64,000 nucleotides of DNA, from the sequence record PZ476263.1. One strand, 5' to 3'. The notes below the pieces were generated by a model. That model was not told the origin of the DNA and searched no databases. It worked only from the letters and a program-made list of their open reading frames with translations. Below are positions 46,960 through 56,190 of the stretch, in pieces. The translations under genes were made by a program, and so were the position numbers. This DNA is from a phage. Each line of letters starts with the position of its first letter. Positions within the stretch are counted from its first letter, which is position 1.

Positions 46960-47331
46960 TTGGACCAGTACGGTACTAAACACAGTATCCTTCGTAAAGG
47001 AGGACACCTCACTGTGTTCTCTATGGATCCCAAAGGGAATTTTAAATCAGAATGGATAATAACTTACAACGGCAAGGGTTTTAAAATGACAAGGTACACT
47101 TACCCTAGTTTTATTAGAAAAGATATTGTCAGCGAAGATACATTCTTGTATCCTGATAAGCTTAAGGATGAGGATATTGATTTTATCGAGGCACTCTTAG
47201 GGACACTAACTGATCAAGAGAGATCTTTGATTAAGCTTTGTTCCTTACTTGTTGCAAAATGGGCGGCGGGTCATTCAGAAGAAGATTTGTTAACAACGAC
47301 TAACAACGTAGTTAAGAGTTGGTCTAACTAA
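46960..47331 (+). CDS. hypothetical protein
   Basis: 123 aa, RBS AAGGAGG. Confidence 0.55.
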   Translation: MDQYGTKHSILRKGGHLTVFSMDPKGNFKSEWIITYNGKGFKMTRYTYPSFIRKDIVSEDTFLYPDKLKDEDIDFIEALLGTLTDQERSLIKLCSLLVAKWAAGHSEEDLLTTTNNVVKSWSN

Positions 47332-47494
47332 CAACATTCTCTTTATGCCCGTTTAGGCATACAATACTATATTAGATAATAAAACCCCTCGCTACGCTCA
47401 CCATTCTGGCCCTGGGGTTTTATATATCTATTAAAAAATTAACCACACTCACATCCGTTCGGTACTTAATTTTTTAAGTTTTCCCAAAATTGTG

Positions 47495-47523
47495 TTGACA
47501 CACAAACATACTGAAGATATAGT
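47495..47523 (+). promoter_or_regulatory. sigma70-like promoter
   Basis: TTGACA (47495-47500), 17 nt, TATAGT. Confidence 0.45.
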
Positions 47524-47790
47524 GAGTTAAAGGAAAAGATATGAATGTTAATGATTTATATAGTAAACTATCCAAAAGGTTCTTTACTTTCTATGGATTG
47601 ATGTTGATTGGTTTAGTTATGTTCTTAGTTGGATCTGTAGGTAAGTTGATCTTAAAATTGTTGGAGGTAATATGATCACAGTTACAAACATGAAGTGGTG
47701 GGCATTAGCTCAAGTGGCTAATGATCAAGATGGTGGTGATGGTAAACGTGCAGTGGCACAGATCTATGTGTATGGTAAAGGAGGTAACTG

Positions 47791-48162
47791 ATGTTGGAAT
47801 TTATTAATAATCTTGATTGGTATTTAGTAGCTTTAGTGGTTGTATACCTTATTTGTGTACCTTTGGTGTTATTCAACTTTGTGGACCTACTGGCCCTAGA
47901 TGATAAATCTGAAACTGCCACTTTTGGTGATCATCTAATGGCGATAGTTTGTGTATTGTCTGCACCCTTGGCACTGCTGTGCTTCTATTTTGTGGCCTTT
48001 GCTTTCTATTTCCCAAAAAGCAAATATGGGAAAAAGTACATTGCATGGAAGATTGAACGAAAACTACGTCGTAAGAAGATTATTAGTCCACTTGATTGGG
48101 CAGTGACCAAACGCCGCATTAGCCGAAAGGAGAAGAGAGATGAAACAGATAACCAAGTTTAA
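47791..48162 (+). CDS. membrane protein
   Basis: 123 aa, two hydrophobic helices, basic C-terminus; preceded by two tiny ORFs (47541-47675, 47672-47791). Confidence 0.5.
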   Translation: MLEFINNLDWYLVALVVVYLICVPLVLFNFVDLLALDDKSETATFGDHLMAIVCVLSAPLALLCFYFVAFAFYFPKSKYGKKYIAWKIERKLRRKKIISPLDWAVTKRRISRKEKRDETDNQV

Positions 48163-48293
48163 GTGGAAGTTTTGGGAGTACACTCTGATCATTGCTGGTT
48201 GGTTATTTGGCTATGGTCATGAAGTGTATTACAATGTGAAACATAAGAGAAATATGGCTTACATTCGTCATGTCTTCCACAAAAGAGGTTAAG

Positions 48294-48821
48294 ATGAAAA
48301 TTGAAAGATCAATGGTTGAGAAGATTACCATCATGGGTCTTAAGAATTACACACCTATCACGGTGATTGTTGAAAATGGAGAGACGGAAGAGCAAGCGAA
48401 CATTAAAATATCTTGCTTTGGTGAAACTTGGTCACACTATTGGGGCAGTATGGGGTCATCGATTGGGGACTTCTTTAATCGTTGCGATAACGATTATCTG
48501 ATCTCTAAGTTAACCAATATCCCTCAAAAAGAAGAGGACTTGTTCCTTGATTGGAAAGTTATGCGTGATATTGTGCTAAAGGCAAGACGTAGACGAGAAA
48601 TTTCAGAGACAGATGCAAGACAGGCTTATTACTACATTTTATTTTATAAACCTGATCGTCATGAATTTGGAAATGGGTTGCCAGACGACCTTCAGCCTAT
48701 TGAAGAGTTGAGAGAATACTGGTATATTGACTGGCCTATGCGAGATAACCCGAAGTACAACTACATTTATGGGATCATTGATGCAGTACGAATTGCATTG
48801 AATACTGAAAAAGGTTGTTGA
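48294..48821 (+). CDS. hypothetical protein
   Basis: Start placed at ATG 48294 after AAGAGG (track starts 48270). Confidence 0.5.
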   Translation: MKIERSMVEKITIMGLKNYTPITVIVENGETEEQANIKISCFGETWSHYWGSMGSSIGDFFNRCDNDYLISKLTNIPQKEEDLFLDWKVMRDIVLKARRRREISETDARQAYYYILFYKPDRHEFGNGLPDDLQPIEELREYWYIDWPMRDNPKYNYIYGIIDAVRIALNTEKGC

Positions 48822-48846
48822 CAACACCACATGGGTGCAGTAAGAT
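48818..48846 (+). promoter_or_regulatory. sigma70-like promoter
   Basis: TTGACA (48818-48823), 17 nt, TAAGAT (48841-48846), overlapping the stop of the upstream gene. Confidence 0.5.
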
Positions 48847-48876
48847 GTACCCATCAAGACAGAAGAGGGAAACAAA

Positions 48877-49557
48877 ATGAGTCATCTTATCGCAAAAATT
48901 AAACCAAACAAACTGGAAGAATTTCTTAAACGTGATTCTGCAAATAAATCTATTTATCATTCTTTGGGTGATAAATTTAAAATTAAACCTGCCAATTCAA
49001 GATGCCGAACAGCGGCCCCTGTACTTTTACCTCAGTATGGGTTCAGTGCAGAAGAAATTGAATATTTCATGAATGTAGTCCCAGATGAAAAATGTGAAGG
49101 GTTTGAATTTAAAGTTGTGTACACTGGAAATAAGGAACGGATGTCTTCTTACCTTGGAAGTTTGTTTGACGGAAAAGAGTTGGATTTTGAATTCACTGTT
49201 GAATTGAAATCCCTGAAATATGGCAGTACAGGAGAATTGGCTTGGTATTTTAAAGACCATCGGATTGACTTTTGTTTAAGTCATGGAGCATTTATTAAAG
49301 ATTTTTCCTTGACTTTAGATTCTGTTTTGGCATACTTAAAACATGTTCAAGAGAAACAAGACGCGGCAAATAAGAAACTAGAGGAGAGTCGAATGAATCC
49401 TAAGAATATTGCATCTCAACGCTACAACGGTTCTACAGTGCAGAGCATCCCTCTTGAGCTAGTAGTGGAAAAGAAAGTTGTAATCCATGATCTTGAAATC
49501 ACTAAACAAAACATTCAAGAAGTTTTTAAGAAAATCTCAAAAATGTTGGAGGACTGA
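48877..49557 (+). CDS. hypothetical protein
   Basis: 226-aa ORF. Confidence 0.55.
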   Translation: MSHLIAKIKPNKLEEFLKRDSANKSIYHSLGDKFKIKPANSRCRTAAPVLLPQYGFSAEEIEYFMNVVPDEKCEGFEFKVVYTGNKERMSSYLGSLFDGKELDFEFTVELKSLKYGSTGELAWYFKDHRIDFCLSHGAFIKDFSLTLDSVLAYLKHVQEKQDAANKKLEESRMNPKNIASQRYNGSTVQSIPLELVVEKKVVIHDLEITKQNIQEVFKKISKMLED

Positions 49558-49559
49558 TT

Positions 49560-49862
49560 ATGAACATTGATGTAGATATTGAAAAACTTTCTCAGGTATT
49601 TGCTGTTCGTGAAAAAATTGCGGTTGACTTTGAGTTTGAAGAAGATGGTCATAAAGACCTTGATTGGTCAAAACTGGAAAAGGATTTCTTAGATGATTTT
49701 CATGACCAAAGTTTTTCAGAGTTTGTTGAAATTACAGGGGATGATTCGGTATGGATGACCTTCTATATGGAAGCTGAAATTGATAATAAGTCTCACTTCC
49801 TTCAAGCACTGGCTTGGATCGAGGCTTACCAACAAGTTATTAATTTAAATATCGTTCGATAA
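49560..49862 (+). CDS. hypothetical highly acidic protein
   Basis: 100 aa, very D/E/F-rich. Confidence 0.5.
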   Translation: MNIDVDIEKLSQVFAVREKIAVDFEFEEDGHKDLDWSKLEKDFLDDFHDQSFSEFVEITGDDSVWMTFYMEAEIDNKSHFLQALAWIEAYQQVINLNIVR

Positions 49863-49872
49863 GGGGGCTTAT

Positions 49873-50112
49873 ATGAGTACGAAGGACGTAAAATTTTATA
49901 TTGGCACTAAGCGAAAAGATTCACGAAAACTAATCATCGTTGAAAATACGAAAACTAATCTGGTTTACGAATTCGATGTTTTTAAGGACCAGGCTCTTGA
50001 TTATCAATCGGTTGTTGATTGGTGGAAAGATGATGATACGGTAAATTACTTTGCCAGCGATATCAAATCCATCCTCCGCTTCTCAACCGTTGAAGAACTG
50101 AAACCAGAATAA
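49873..50112 (+). CDS. hypothetical protein
   Basis: 79-aa ORF. Confidence 0.5.
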   Translation: MSTKDVKFYIGTKRKDSRKLIIVENTKTNLVYEFDVFKDQALDYQSVVDWWKDDDTVNYFASDIKSILRFSTVEELKPE

Positions 50113-50118
50113 GATATA

Positions 50119-50140
50119 AGGGGCCTAAGCGCCCCTTTAA
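50119..50140 (+). terminator. possible terminator
   Basis: AGGGGC-ctaagc-GCCCCT hairpin with short T stretch. Confidence 0.4.
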
Positions 50141-50218
50141 CGCATCAAAGAACAAAAGATGATAAATGACCTTACCTGATACAAAAAGTCCCCACAATAG
50201 CTTACAGGAGATGATAAA

Positions 50219-51031
50219 ATGGCACTCGGATTTGATCCTTTAGTACTTTACGGCATTGTTGAACCATCAACATACAAAACTAACTTTCTTCCTGACGAAC
50301 CGGATACCAAATACTATGTCAAATGTGTAGACGAGATCATAAGAGATGTGGAAAATGAAAACTACGCTGATGCAATCACAGACCTTAATTCTTTGCGTAG
50401 CGACCTTGACATGGGATCTGAACTTACTGACTATATAAATGCAAGTAATGACGCTATCAACAAATTCCACACGGTAATTAAAGATTTGGTTTTAACATAC
50501 GAAGATCTCGATAAGGAGAAATTAACTAAGACTTCCGCCTTGCAATTTATTGAAAGGGTCGGTGAACTACTTGATGAAATCAAACCTGACAGTATTGGCA
50601 TGTCTGCATGGGGTTACTTAGACTCAGATGCAAGAACCTTTGCCCAAACGTTACCTGGATTAAAGCGAGCTAATTTCAGATGGGATCCTGAGAGCGATTG
50701 CTATGTTTCAACAATACATAATAACCATACAAGAGGCTCACTCTTTGCAAAGATCTACCCTAATGGCGACCTGTACATCAATGATCACTTTAATGAAACA
50801 TCTTTACTTTTCAAAAAAGAGAAACAAGGGTATGCCTATAGCTACTTGCTTTACTTCTCAACAAAGGATAAGAAGTTTGGGCCTCACTACGATACTAAAG
50901 TTTTCAAGGAATATTTTGAAGACTGGACACAGCCTACAGACGAAGAGATTTTACTGTTCAATGCAACTATGTCTTATGAGCACGACTTTAGTATCTTTAA
51001 GTATCTTGCTGGAGAGGAATTCGATATTTGA
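50219..51031 (+). CDS. hypothetical protein
   Basis: 270-aa ORF. Confidence 0.55.
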   Translation: MALGFDPLVLYGIVEPSTYKTNFLPDEPDTKYYVKCVDEIIRDVENENYADAITDLNSLRSDLDMGSELTDYINASNDAINKFHTVIKDLVLTYEDLDKEKLTKTSALQFIERVGELLDEIKPDSIGMSAWGYLDSDARTFAQTLPGLKRANFRWDPESDCYVSTIHNNHTRGSLFAKIYPNGDLYINDHFNETSLLFKKEKQGYAYSYLLYFSTKDKKFGPHYDTKVFKEYFEDWTQPTDEEILLFNATMSYEHDFSIFKYLAGEEFDI

Positions 51032-51163
51032 TATTTGATCTCGGGTTGATTTTCAGATTTCAAAGTCAAATTGAAATTGAGATATTTGTCCGTGATATTT
51101 GTTTTGTTTTAGAAAATCAGATTTCAAATTGAAAAATGAATTTGAGATATGAAAGTAGACAAT

Positions 51164-51190
51164 GAGAGGCCAATGGCCTCTTTTCTTTTT
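51164..51190 (+). terminator. rho-independent terminator
   Basis: GAGGCC-aat-GGCCTC hairpin followed by TTTTCTTTTT. Confidence 0.7.
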
Positions 51191-51329
51191 GATACGGAAC
51201 CTATACTTACTAACCCTCCACGTACACGATCCGATAACGCCCCTATGCAAACATACGACAATTAATGTATGACTTACACAACCTCCTTAATCAATTAAAA
51301 TAGTCAAGCTTAAGACCCTAAAAAATTTT

Positions 51330-51520
51330 GAGAACTTGAGGGCTTTTTCATTTTCCAGATCGTATTTTCGATTACTCGAACGAGAACTTGAGAGCTTTCT
51401 CACTAGAAAATTTGGAACTTGAGGGCTTTTTCATTTTTGAGATCGTATTCTGGATTGAGAACTTGAGCTACAGGCCAGATACTTGAGGGCTTTTTCATTT
51501 TCCAAATCGTATTTTGAATT
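51330..51520. repeat. iteron-like direct repeats (five copies of GAACTTGAG(G/A)GCTTT...)
   Basis: Units at about 51330, 51381, 51414, 51457 and 51481; three share the longer form ACTTGAGGGCTTTTTCATTTT(C/T)(C/G)A(G/A)ATCGTATT; inside an ~800-bp ORF-free region. Confidence 0.6.
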
Positions 51521-51855
51521 GAAAAATTTTTCATATGCATAAAATTATATGCATGTCAAGGTCTGGAGGGATAAAATTTTACAGAGTTGAGAATTATTCT
51601 CATTTGCAGAATAGCGGGCAGGGGTGGTGATTATTTCGTGAAACCGTCCTCATCACCATGAATGTATAATAGCACCGTTCAGCTCAAGATTGCAAGAGGT
51701 ATTTTAATTTATTTTTCAATAAATTTTAAACGAATTACCGGCGATCAACCTTACATCTGGTCGCCCAGTATGTTAGCCCCGCCTTTACGCCGTGGGGTGG
51801 CGCTTCCTCTTCTGTATGTAAAACAATATAAGCCCGATCCTTGGGCTTGTCAAGA

Positions 51856-52122
51856 TTATTTTTTGTTTTCTTGCCAGGCTAGGACACCTAACCAGAAAAA
51901 GACGTTCCCTTTCTCGACCTTAGGTATATTACTTTCACCGCCACCGCTTTGCATCCATTCCGCACCGTTATTATACATCTCAAGCTCATAAAGATCGGTT
52001 ATCTTTGTATCCTTAAGGTTAAGGATTGTTTCAACCTTTAAGCCTGTTGCGCTCGCCACTTGGTGGACCGTTCCGCCTTGCCATTTTAAAGCGTGCATAA
52101 GGTGTAGTGTAGTAGTTGTCAT
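51856..52122 (-). CDS. putative HTH DNA-binding regulator
   Basis: 88 aa; helix-turn-helix-like TVHQVASATGLKVETILNL; diverges from rightward small-gene cluster. Confidence 0.45.
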   Translation of the reverse strand: MTTTTLHLMHALKWQGGTVHQVASATGLKVETILNLKDTKITDLYELEMYNNGAEWMQSGGGESNIPKVEKGNVFFWLGVLAWQENKK

Positions 52123-52329
52123 GTTGTGTTGCCCTTTCTTCTATTGTGCGCCCTAGTTGACGCGGTAAAAAGATATTAACTCTTCTTCCTATATAAAGCA
52201 AGTAAAAAGAAACATAAAAAAGATTGAAAATGTTGTTGACGTAGGAAAAAGGTTGGCGTAGTATTCATCTCATCGAACGGCGGCACAACTTAACGCCTAC
52301 ATTAATTAACGTTACTCACTAAGGGGTAA

Positions 52330-52518
52330 ATGATGGAAAGAAAAATTAATCAGCTTGCACCTGGTGCGGTAATGATTCACGAAGGATCAAAACACACTGT
52401 AGTAACTAATCGCCCACACAATGTAAGAGCAAACAAAAATATATTGCAGTTAAAGGATCGTTTTGGTATAGTACAGACTTACACGATTGAGTCAAACAAA
52501 TCAGTTATCGCACACTAA
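52330..52518 (+). CDS. hypothetical small protein
   Basis: 62 aa, RBS AAGGGG. Confidence 0.5.
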   Translation: MMERKINQLAPGAVMIHEGSKHTVVTNRPHNVRANKNILQLKDRFGIVQTYTIESNKSVIAH

Positions 52519-52535
52519 TTAAAAAGGTATACACT

Positions 52536-52871
52536 ATGAGTCAGCAAACTAAATATTTCATCGAAGGCGTTCAAGCGGCATCAACTGGTTTAGGTCCAGT
52601 AAGCCGTTATAAAAAGCCTGAGAACATCGCTGAATTTATGAAAGGGTATGAATCTGTAAGCCGTGAGGCAATGATACTGAGATTCGAATCTAATCCGGTA
52701 GGCAAGTCTAAAAATTCATACAGTGAAGCGCCCGACGTTGTTTATGTTGGTACAGTTAAGCAATGTAACGACCGATTGATCATGTTGCAGCAAAAAGACC
52801 GTAGCGGATTTTTTAAGGTCTACACTAATGATGGTAAACCTTATGAATACGAAAGCAAATATTTCAAATAA
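52536..52871 (+). CDS. hypothetical small protein
   Basis: 111-aa ORF. Confidence 0.5.
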   Translation: MSQQTKYFIEGVQAASTGLGPVSRYKKPENIAEFMKGYESVSREAMILRFESNPVGKSKNSYSEAPDVVYVGTVKQCNDRLIMLQQKDRSGFFKVYTNDGKPYEYESKYFK

Positions 52872-52886
52872 GTTTTAAAAAAGTAG

Positions 52887-52946
52887 TTGACAGCAAGAAA
52901 GTAAACAAGTATATTACACACATAGCGGCGGCAATGATGCAACCGC
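52887..52946 (+). promoter_or_regulatory. sigma70-like promoter plus conserved 5' leader hairpin
   Basis: TTGACA 52887-52892, 17 nt, TATATT 52910-52915; leader hairpin GCGG...CCGC 52925-52946. Confidence 0.6.
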
Positions 52947-52968
52947 AAGACAAAGAGAGATTATCAAG

Positions 52969-53184
52969 ATGGCTAAAGTAACTTTTAAAAAATCCCATAC
53001 CGTTTCCAATGTTGCAGCTGTAAACATGACTATGCCAACTTATAAAACACGCGACGCAGCTCGCAAGGTGGCAACGAAGATCCGCAGTGCTGGCTTGTCT
53101 GTCACGCAGCCTGTAAAAACGGAAAACGGTTGGCAATTGAATGTTAAGCATGTTGGCGGTACTCTTACAATCAACAAAGGCTAA
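52969..53184 (+). CDS. hypothetical small basic protein
   Basis: 71-aa ORF. Confidence 0.55.
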   Translation: MAKVTFKKSHTVSNVAAVNMTMPTYKTRDAARKVATKIRSAGLSVTQPVKTENGWQLNVKHVGGTLTINKG

Positions 53185-53254
53185 TAATAATACTAATCTT
53201 TCATAGCCGGATCGCTGGTCCGGCAAATAACCAACAATATAAAAGGAAACAAAG

Positions 53255-53407
53255 ATGGCTTATTCCAACAACGTAGAAAAAATCAAAGCAAACAAAGATC
53301 GTAAAGCCTGGAATGAAACGGTGATCCGTAAAGGTGCAAAACTGAATAAGACCAAACGTGATCGCACTGATAAACGTGCCTTTGTTGAAATGGAAACAGA
53401 GATCTAA
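53255..53407 (+). CDS. hypothetical small basic protein (not in ORF track)
   Basis: 50-aa ORF with RBS AAAGGAAA. Confidence 0.4.
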   Translation: MAYSNNVEKIKANKDRKAWNETVIRKGAKLNKTKRDRTDKRAFVEMETEI

Positions 53408-53408
53408 C

Positions 53409-53699
53409 ATGAAAAAATTTATTATCGGCGCGGCGGCGGTGTTTCTTTCCTTGAATTGCCAGGCTAATGATACAAAATATCTAAGATGTAACGCCGTCAT
53501 GACCGATGAACAATCAGGGAACACGTTTAAAAAGCCGTTCGAAATAAATCCGGCTGCATTTAATGACGGTGTATTCTACCAAAAGAAAGGGAAAGGCAGT
53601 ACAACGATCTACTATGACGCATCAAAAAACCGAGGGGATATCAGTATCATGGTTGGCCCTGAGGTTGTAGTGTCCGGTTACTTCTCCTGTGAGAAATAA
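53409..53699 (+). CDS. small secreted protein
   Basis: N-terminal signal peptide MKKFIIGAAAVFLSLNCQA; start placed at 53409 (track ORF starts 53358). Confidence 0.5.
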   Translation: MKKFIIGAAAVFLSLNCQANDTKYLRCNAVMTDEQSGNTFKKPFEINPAAFNDGVFYQKKGKGSTTIYYDASKNRGDISIMVGPEVVVSGYFSCEK

Positions 53700-53703
53700 A
53701 GCA

Positions 53704-53732
53704 AGGCCCCTCCCCTGGGGCCTTTTTCTTTT
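53704..53732 (+). terminator. rho-independent terminator
   Basis: AGGCCCC-tccc-ctGGGGCCT hairpin followed by TTTTTCTTTT. Confidence 0.7.
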
Positions 53733-53760
53733 ATGTCCCCCAAAATATTTAAAAATGTTG

Positions 53761-53788
53761 TTGACAGTAAAATTGATTCTGATAAGAT
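53761..53788 (+). promoter_or_regulatory. sigma70-like promoter driving ncRNA-like element copy 1
   Basis: TTGACA 53761-53766, 16 nt, TAAGAT 53783-53788. Confidence 0.55.
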
Positions 53789-53794
53789 GTATCC

Positions 53795-53869
53795 CATCAG
53801 GACGGGGAACGAAGTAAACACTTCCCGTTAAGTAGTCCAGGAGTAAGACATACGAAAAACTCCCCTGAT
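53795..53869 (+). ncRNA. candidate small structured RNA, copy 1
   Basis: No ORF; outer ATCAGG/CCTGAT pairing and inner ACGGGGA/UCCCGU hairpin; near-identical second copy at 56493-56569 with a different loop. Confidence 0.45.
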
Positions 53870-53887
53870 AAAAAGATTTAAAAGTGG

Positions 53888-53942
53888 TTGACAAGAAATT
53901 AAAAACTGTTAAGATGTATCACATAGGGCGGCAATGAGGCCG
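53888..53942 (+). promoter_or_regulatory. sigma70-like promoter plus leader hairpin
   Basis: TTGACA 53888-53893, TAAGAT 53910-53915, hairpin GCGGC-aatgag-GCCGC 53926-53942. Confidence 0.6.
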
Positions 53943-53965
53943 CAGATAACAAAGAGATAAAGAAA

Positions 53966-54337
53966 ATGGCTAAAAATATCAATGTTGCAATGTACGCTGA
54001 ATCCACCAACGCAGATAATGTAAAATTTAAAATTAGCGAGATTGAAGCGGTTCACATTTTGGCTAAACGTTGGTTTCAATCTTCATACGGTAATACTTAT
54101 TTCTCTTTGTCTGTTGATATCGAGATCAGCGGTAAAATGATTGAAGTGGTAAACGTGCCGTTCCAATATGGCTACGGGGATCACTTTGACACTGTGGCAA
54201 TGGAAGAATTTAGCAAGGTTATTGATATGGAAAGTAAAGAATTTTTAAAAGGTAATTACCTGACACGTTTTTGTAAAGATAATGATGTATCTGTTTACTG
54301 CAATGCAGTTGATGTAAAACGTAAAAAAGATTTATAA
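53966..54337 (+). CDS. hypothetical small protein
   Basis: 123-aa ORF. Confidence 0.55.
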   Translation: MAKNINVAMYAESTNADNVKFKISEIEAVHILAKRWFQSSYGNTYFSLSVDIEISGKMIEVVNVPFQYGYGDHFDTVAMEEFSKVIDMESKEFLKGNYLTRFCKDNDVSVYCNAVDVKRKKDL

Positions 54338-54343
54338 TTGTTG

Positions 54344-54404
54344 TTGACAAGATAATTAAAAAGCGTAGAATGTACAACATAGAGGGCGGGAATGGTTCCC
54401 GCCT
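54344..54404 (+). promoter_or_regulatory. sigma70-like promoter plus leader hairpin
   Basis: TTGACA 54344-54349, TAGAAT 54366-54371, hairpin GGCGGGAA...TTCCCGCC 54384-54404. Confidence 0.6.
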
Positions 54405-54425
54405 CACTAAAAAGAGATTAAAATC

Positions 54426-54650
54426 ATGGCTATTATCACCACCAAAATCACAAATACTGTTGGCGAGTCTTTTGTAGTTGCATTTATCACCAATCAACCT
54501 GTTGATGATATTCATTGCACTGTCAACAATTTTGCAGAAAATAATTTTGGTCAATGGTCATCTGTTGAGTACATTGAAACGGTCCAGGTTGCAGCGTTCA
54601 AGGTTAGCCAACATGTTGATTATATTGTTGCACTTGATGAATTAAATTAA
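54426..54650 (+). CDS. hypothetical small protein
   Basis: 74-aa ORF. Confidence 0.5.
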   Translation: MAIITTKITNTVGESFVVAFITNQPVDDIHCTVNNFAENNFGQWSSVEYIETVQVAAFKVSQHVDYIVALDELN

Positions 54651-54657
54651 AAAGTAG

Positions 54658-54714
54658 TTGCAAACAATCTTAAAAAGCGTATAATGTTTTACATAGAGCG
54701 GGAACTATTCCCGC
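54658..54714 (+). promoter_or_regulatory. sigma70-like promoter plus leader hairpin
   Basis: TTGCAA 54658-54663, TATAAT 54680-54685, hairpin GCGGGAA...TTCCCGC 54698-54714. Confidence 0.6.
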
Positions 54715-54736
54715 CAGATATAACGAGGAAAGTGTA

Positions 54737-54979
54737 ATGGAAACCATTTTAATCAAAGACACTGCAACTACTGTTACTTATGATAATGATTGTATTATCC
54801 CTGGTACTGATTACGGCGAACGTGTACCCGTTCAAGTCGAGATTGACACTACATACATTGACCAGGCTGAAAAGTGTATCACTATTGTTATTGGTGAATA
54901 TCGTTTTCTACCAGAAGAGATCCAAAAATGGCAGTATATGATTGACCGTTCGAAATTAGTTGCACAAAGTTTAAAATAA
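54737..54979 (+). CDS. hypothetical small acidic protein
   Basis: 80-aa ORF. Confidence 0.5.
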   Translation: METILIKDTATTVTYDNDCIIPGTDYGERVPVQVEIDTTYIDQAEKCITIVIGEYRFLPEEIQKWQYMIDRSKLVAQSLK

Positions 54980-54982
54980 TAC

Positions 54983-55042
54983 TTGCAATTAGTTTTCAGT
55001 ACTGTACAATGTTTTACATCGAGAGCGGTAGTATTGCCGCTC
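54983..55042 (+). promoter_or_regulatory. sigma70-like promoter plus leader hairpin
   Basis: TTGCAA 54983-54988, TACAAT 55005-55010, hairpin GAGCGG...CCGCTC 55023-55042. Confidence 0.6.
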
Positions 55043-55062
55043 ACAGCAAAGAGAAATCTAAA

Positions 55063-55305
55063 ATGAAAAAATTATCTTCCATCGTCAATCATAATGAAAT
55101 TTTCATTAATGAAAAATCCTACGCATGCATTCAACTAAAAGAGATGAAAGGTGATCGCCGTGTAACTGTCGTTCGCAAAGTTAAAAGTAAGCCTTTTAGT
55201 AATTACTCTATCGATACCGTTCGCATCAATAACGAAGATTATTTGATCGATAGTCAAATAACTTGCAGTCCCACAGCTTCAGTTAGTGCACCATATCACT
55301 ATTGA
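55063..55305 (+). CDS. hypothetical small protein
   Basis: Start placed at ATG 55063 downstream of promoter/hairpin (track starts 55009). Confidence 0.5.
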   Translation: MKKLSSIVNHNEIFINEKSYACIQLKEMKGDRRVTVVRKVKSKPFSNYSIDTVRINNEDYLIDSQITCSPTASVSAPYHY

Positions 55306-55330
55306 CAGAAGGGCCGAGAGGCCCTATAAT
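55302..55330 (+). promoter_or_regulatory. consensus sigma70 promoter with GC hairpin in spacer
   Basis: TTGACA 55302-55307, 17-nt spacer containing GGGCC-gaga-GGCCC, TATAAT 55325-55330. Confidence 0.6.
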
Positions 55331-55364
55331 ACAAACCACCTTAACAAAGAATGAGAGAAACAAA

Positions 55365-55571
55365 ATGATTAATGAAAAACAGATTAACGATGTTCGTGAT
55401 GAGGCTTACTGTACTGCTATTACCAATGGATCACGCGCCGCTTTCAATCTTGTTGTTGACTTGTACCCTGAGCAAGCCGAAAACATTCTTTACCAAGTCA
55501 GTGTAAAGTTGGAAGCAACCGGACACACAAAGTTATCAAACGGAATTGACAAGTTGATCAAAACACTTTAA
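55365..55571 (+). CDS. hypothetical small protein
   Basis: Start placed at ATG 55365 (MINEKQ) after the promoter; track ORF starts 55302. Confidence 0.5.
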   Translation: MINEKQINDVRDEAYCTAITNGSRAAFNLVVDLYPEQAENILYQVSVKLEATGHTKLSNGIDKLIKTL

Positions 55572-55653
55572 TATCTGGTTAACTTTTATCAATGCCGTCG
55601 TTATAGTGGCGGCATGAATAAAAGAAATCATTCTACAACGTAAAGGTTGAAAA

Positions 55654-55965
55654 ATGGATCAAGTCATCCCAATGATAGGTTTAATCGGCTTAGGCTACAT
55701 CGCTACCAGTTTAGCTATGAGTTACATCAATAAGAGAAGAGATAAAATGTTTTGTTACTTTGAATATACTTACAACGGTAAAACAGGGTCATCCCGTGAC
55801 TATGGCCCAATGTTAGAGATTGATGCGGTTGGTGCTATGCGGTATCGAGAGAGCTTAGGGGCAAAGATAACGTTTGAAGTATACCGATCTACCGAAGAGG
55901 AATTATTTTCGATCATTGATGAACGTGCTTACATGCAAGAGCAACAAGATAAACGCCGTAAATAA
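55654..55965 (+). CDS. small membrane-anchored protein
   Basis: 103 aa; N-terminal hydrophobic helix IPMIGLIGLGYIATSLAM. Confidence 0.5.
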   Translation: MDQVIPMIGLIGLGYIATSLAMSYINKRRDKMFCYFEYTYNGKTGSSRDYGPMLEIDAVGAMRYRESLGAKITFEVYRSTEEELFSIIDERAYMQEQQDKRRK

Positions 55966-56014
55966 TTAATATTGTAAATAATTAACAAATCAAACAACAA
56001 GCAAGGTAAACATA

Positions 56015-56158
56015 ATGAATACAAATATTAACCGTGAGAAAGTAAAAAGCAAAAACAAAATGGACTATGAAGAAGTAAAAGCAATGAAGAAAAGCAAAGA
56101 TAACAAACAACAACGCCGCAGGACGCGCTACAGTTGGGAAAACATAGACATCCTTTAA
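56015..56158 (+). CDS. hypothetical small basic protein (not in ORF track)
   Basis: 47-aa Lys/Arg-rich ORF. Confidence 0.35.
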   Translation: MNTNINREKVKSKNKMDYEEVKAMKKSKDNKQQRRRTRYSWENIDIL

Positions 56159-56190
56159 GATTGTATAAGTTGAAACATAAATCATCACAA

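Noticed and set aside
47344-47361. Terminator after gene 46960..47331
   Set aside because: The palindrome TATGCCcgtttaGGCATA is AT-rich and not followed by a T-run; at most a weak stem-loop.
51856-52122. Lysogeny module (repressor/integrase) implying a temperate phage
   Set aside because: Only a small HTH protein is present; no integrase, excisionase or attachment-site features are visible, and gene content is typical of a virulent phage.
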